In this document: positions 63,561-64,000 of the stretch, one piece after another
Layout of the letters: each line of letters starts with the position of its first letter
Numbering within the stretch: the first letter of the stretch is position 1
Source of the DNA: Squalus acanthias
Taxonomy: Eukaryota
NCBI GenBank assembly: GCA_030390025.1
Contig: CM059425.1
Span: 174,532,001 to 174,596,000 of the forward strand
Length of the DNA stretch: 64,000 nt
Direction of reading: 5' to 3'
Notes under the pieces: model-generated
The model's input: the letters and a program-made list of their open reading frames with translations, nothing else
Database searches by the model: none
What the model was told of the DNA's origin: nothing
Program-made: the position numbers and the translations under genes

Positions 63561-64000
63561 TGAACTCGGTTTCTCTAACTACCTCTTTAACAAATATAAT
63601 GACATTCATCATGTAGTAAAGTACCTCAAGCATAAGAATGGCAGGGAGGAGGCATTAAATTACAGCTCTATTGCATCAAATTCCCAGTCAATTAAAACAT
63701 TTCTTCCTAAAGGAGATATTGCACAGAATGTAACCACTGTACTGTCATGCTTACAATGTCTCAAATGGGTTAAGCAGGTAAGATAGTTATTGAGCAATGG
63801 TGTGAAATATTTTGTCTGATGGGACTTTGGGCTGACTTTGGTGAATGAATGGCCCATCAGAAGCTGTCAATAACTGTGCATTTAACCAGAATATTTAACA
63901 TGGCATTGATGGCAAAAGAATAGCATTTCAAATTTGTAGATTTAACATCGCTGTACTTTTAAGGGAATAGAAGTATGGAAAACAAAATCATATGAGAACA

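Noticed and set aside
1..64000. CRISPR arrays, rRNA, prokaryotic operons
   Set aside because: No repeat-spacer periodicity or rRNA motifs; the content is vertebrate TE-rich DNA.

Overview
Repeat-dense vertebrate genomic DNA, most likely from a cartilaginous fish. That is an inference from the V-SINE/HE1-like, Deu-domain SacSINE1-like, MetaSINE and AmnSINE2-like SINEs and the CR1 LINEs with an esterase ORF1. Nearly all long ORFs derive from transposable elements: CR1 and L2 LINEs, four copies of a second CR1/Jockey-group LINE, a decayed two-gene PIF/Harbinger transposon plus MITEs, hAT MITEs, three Penelope-like insertions carrying hammerhead ribozyme motifs, two solo LTRs, and a full-length Gypsy element with identical LTRs. 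The window is probably mostly intron of an unidentified minus-strand host gene: two frame-compatible candidate exons encode ...AGIVNHVEGEIPCTVR|YPNSVSDTNESLD*. Highlights are (1) a Gypsy element with no tRNA primer-binding site but an 11-nt self-priming complement and a YLDN RT motif, (2) hammerhead-bearing Penelope termini inserted as stand-alone units with 12-13 bp TSDs, (3) a LINE whose 5' end is a MetaSINE core domain, (4) a candidate poison exon with stops in all three frames plus a hairpin, and (5) a TSD-resolved nested insertion stack. Family names come from recall of consensus motifs, not from database searches. Boundaries without TSDs are approximate.
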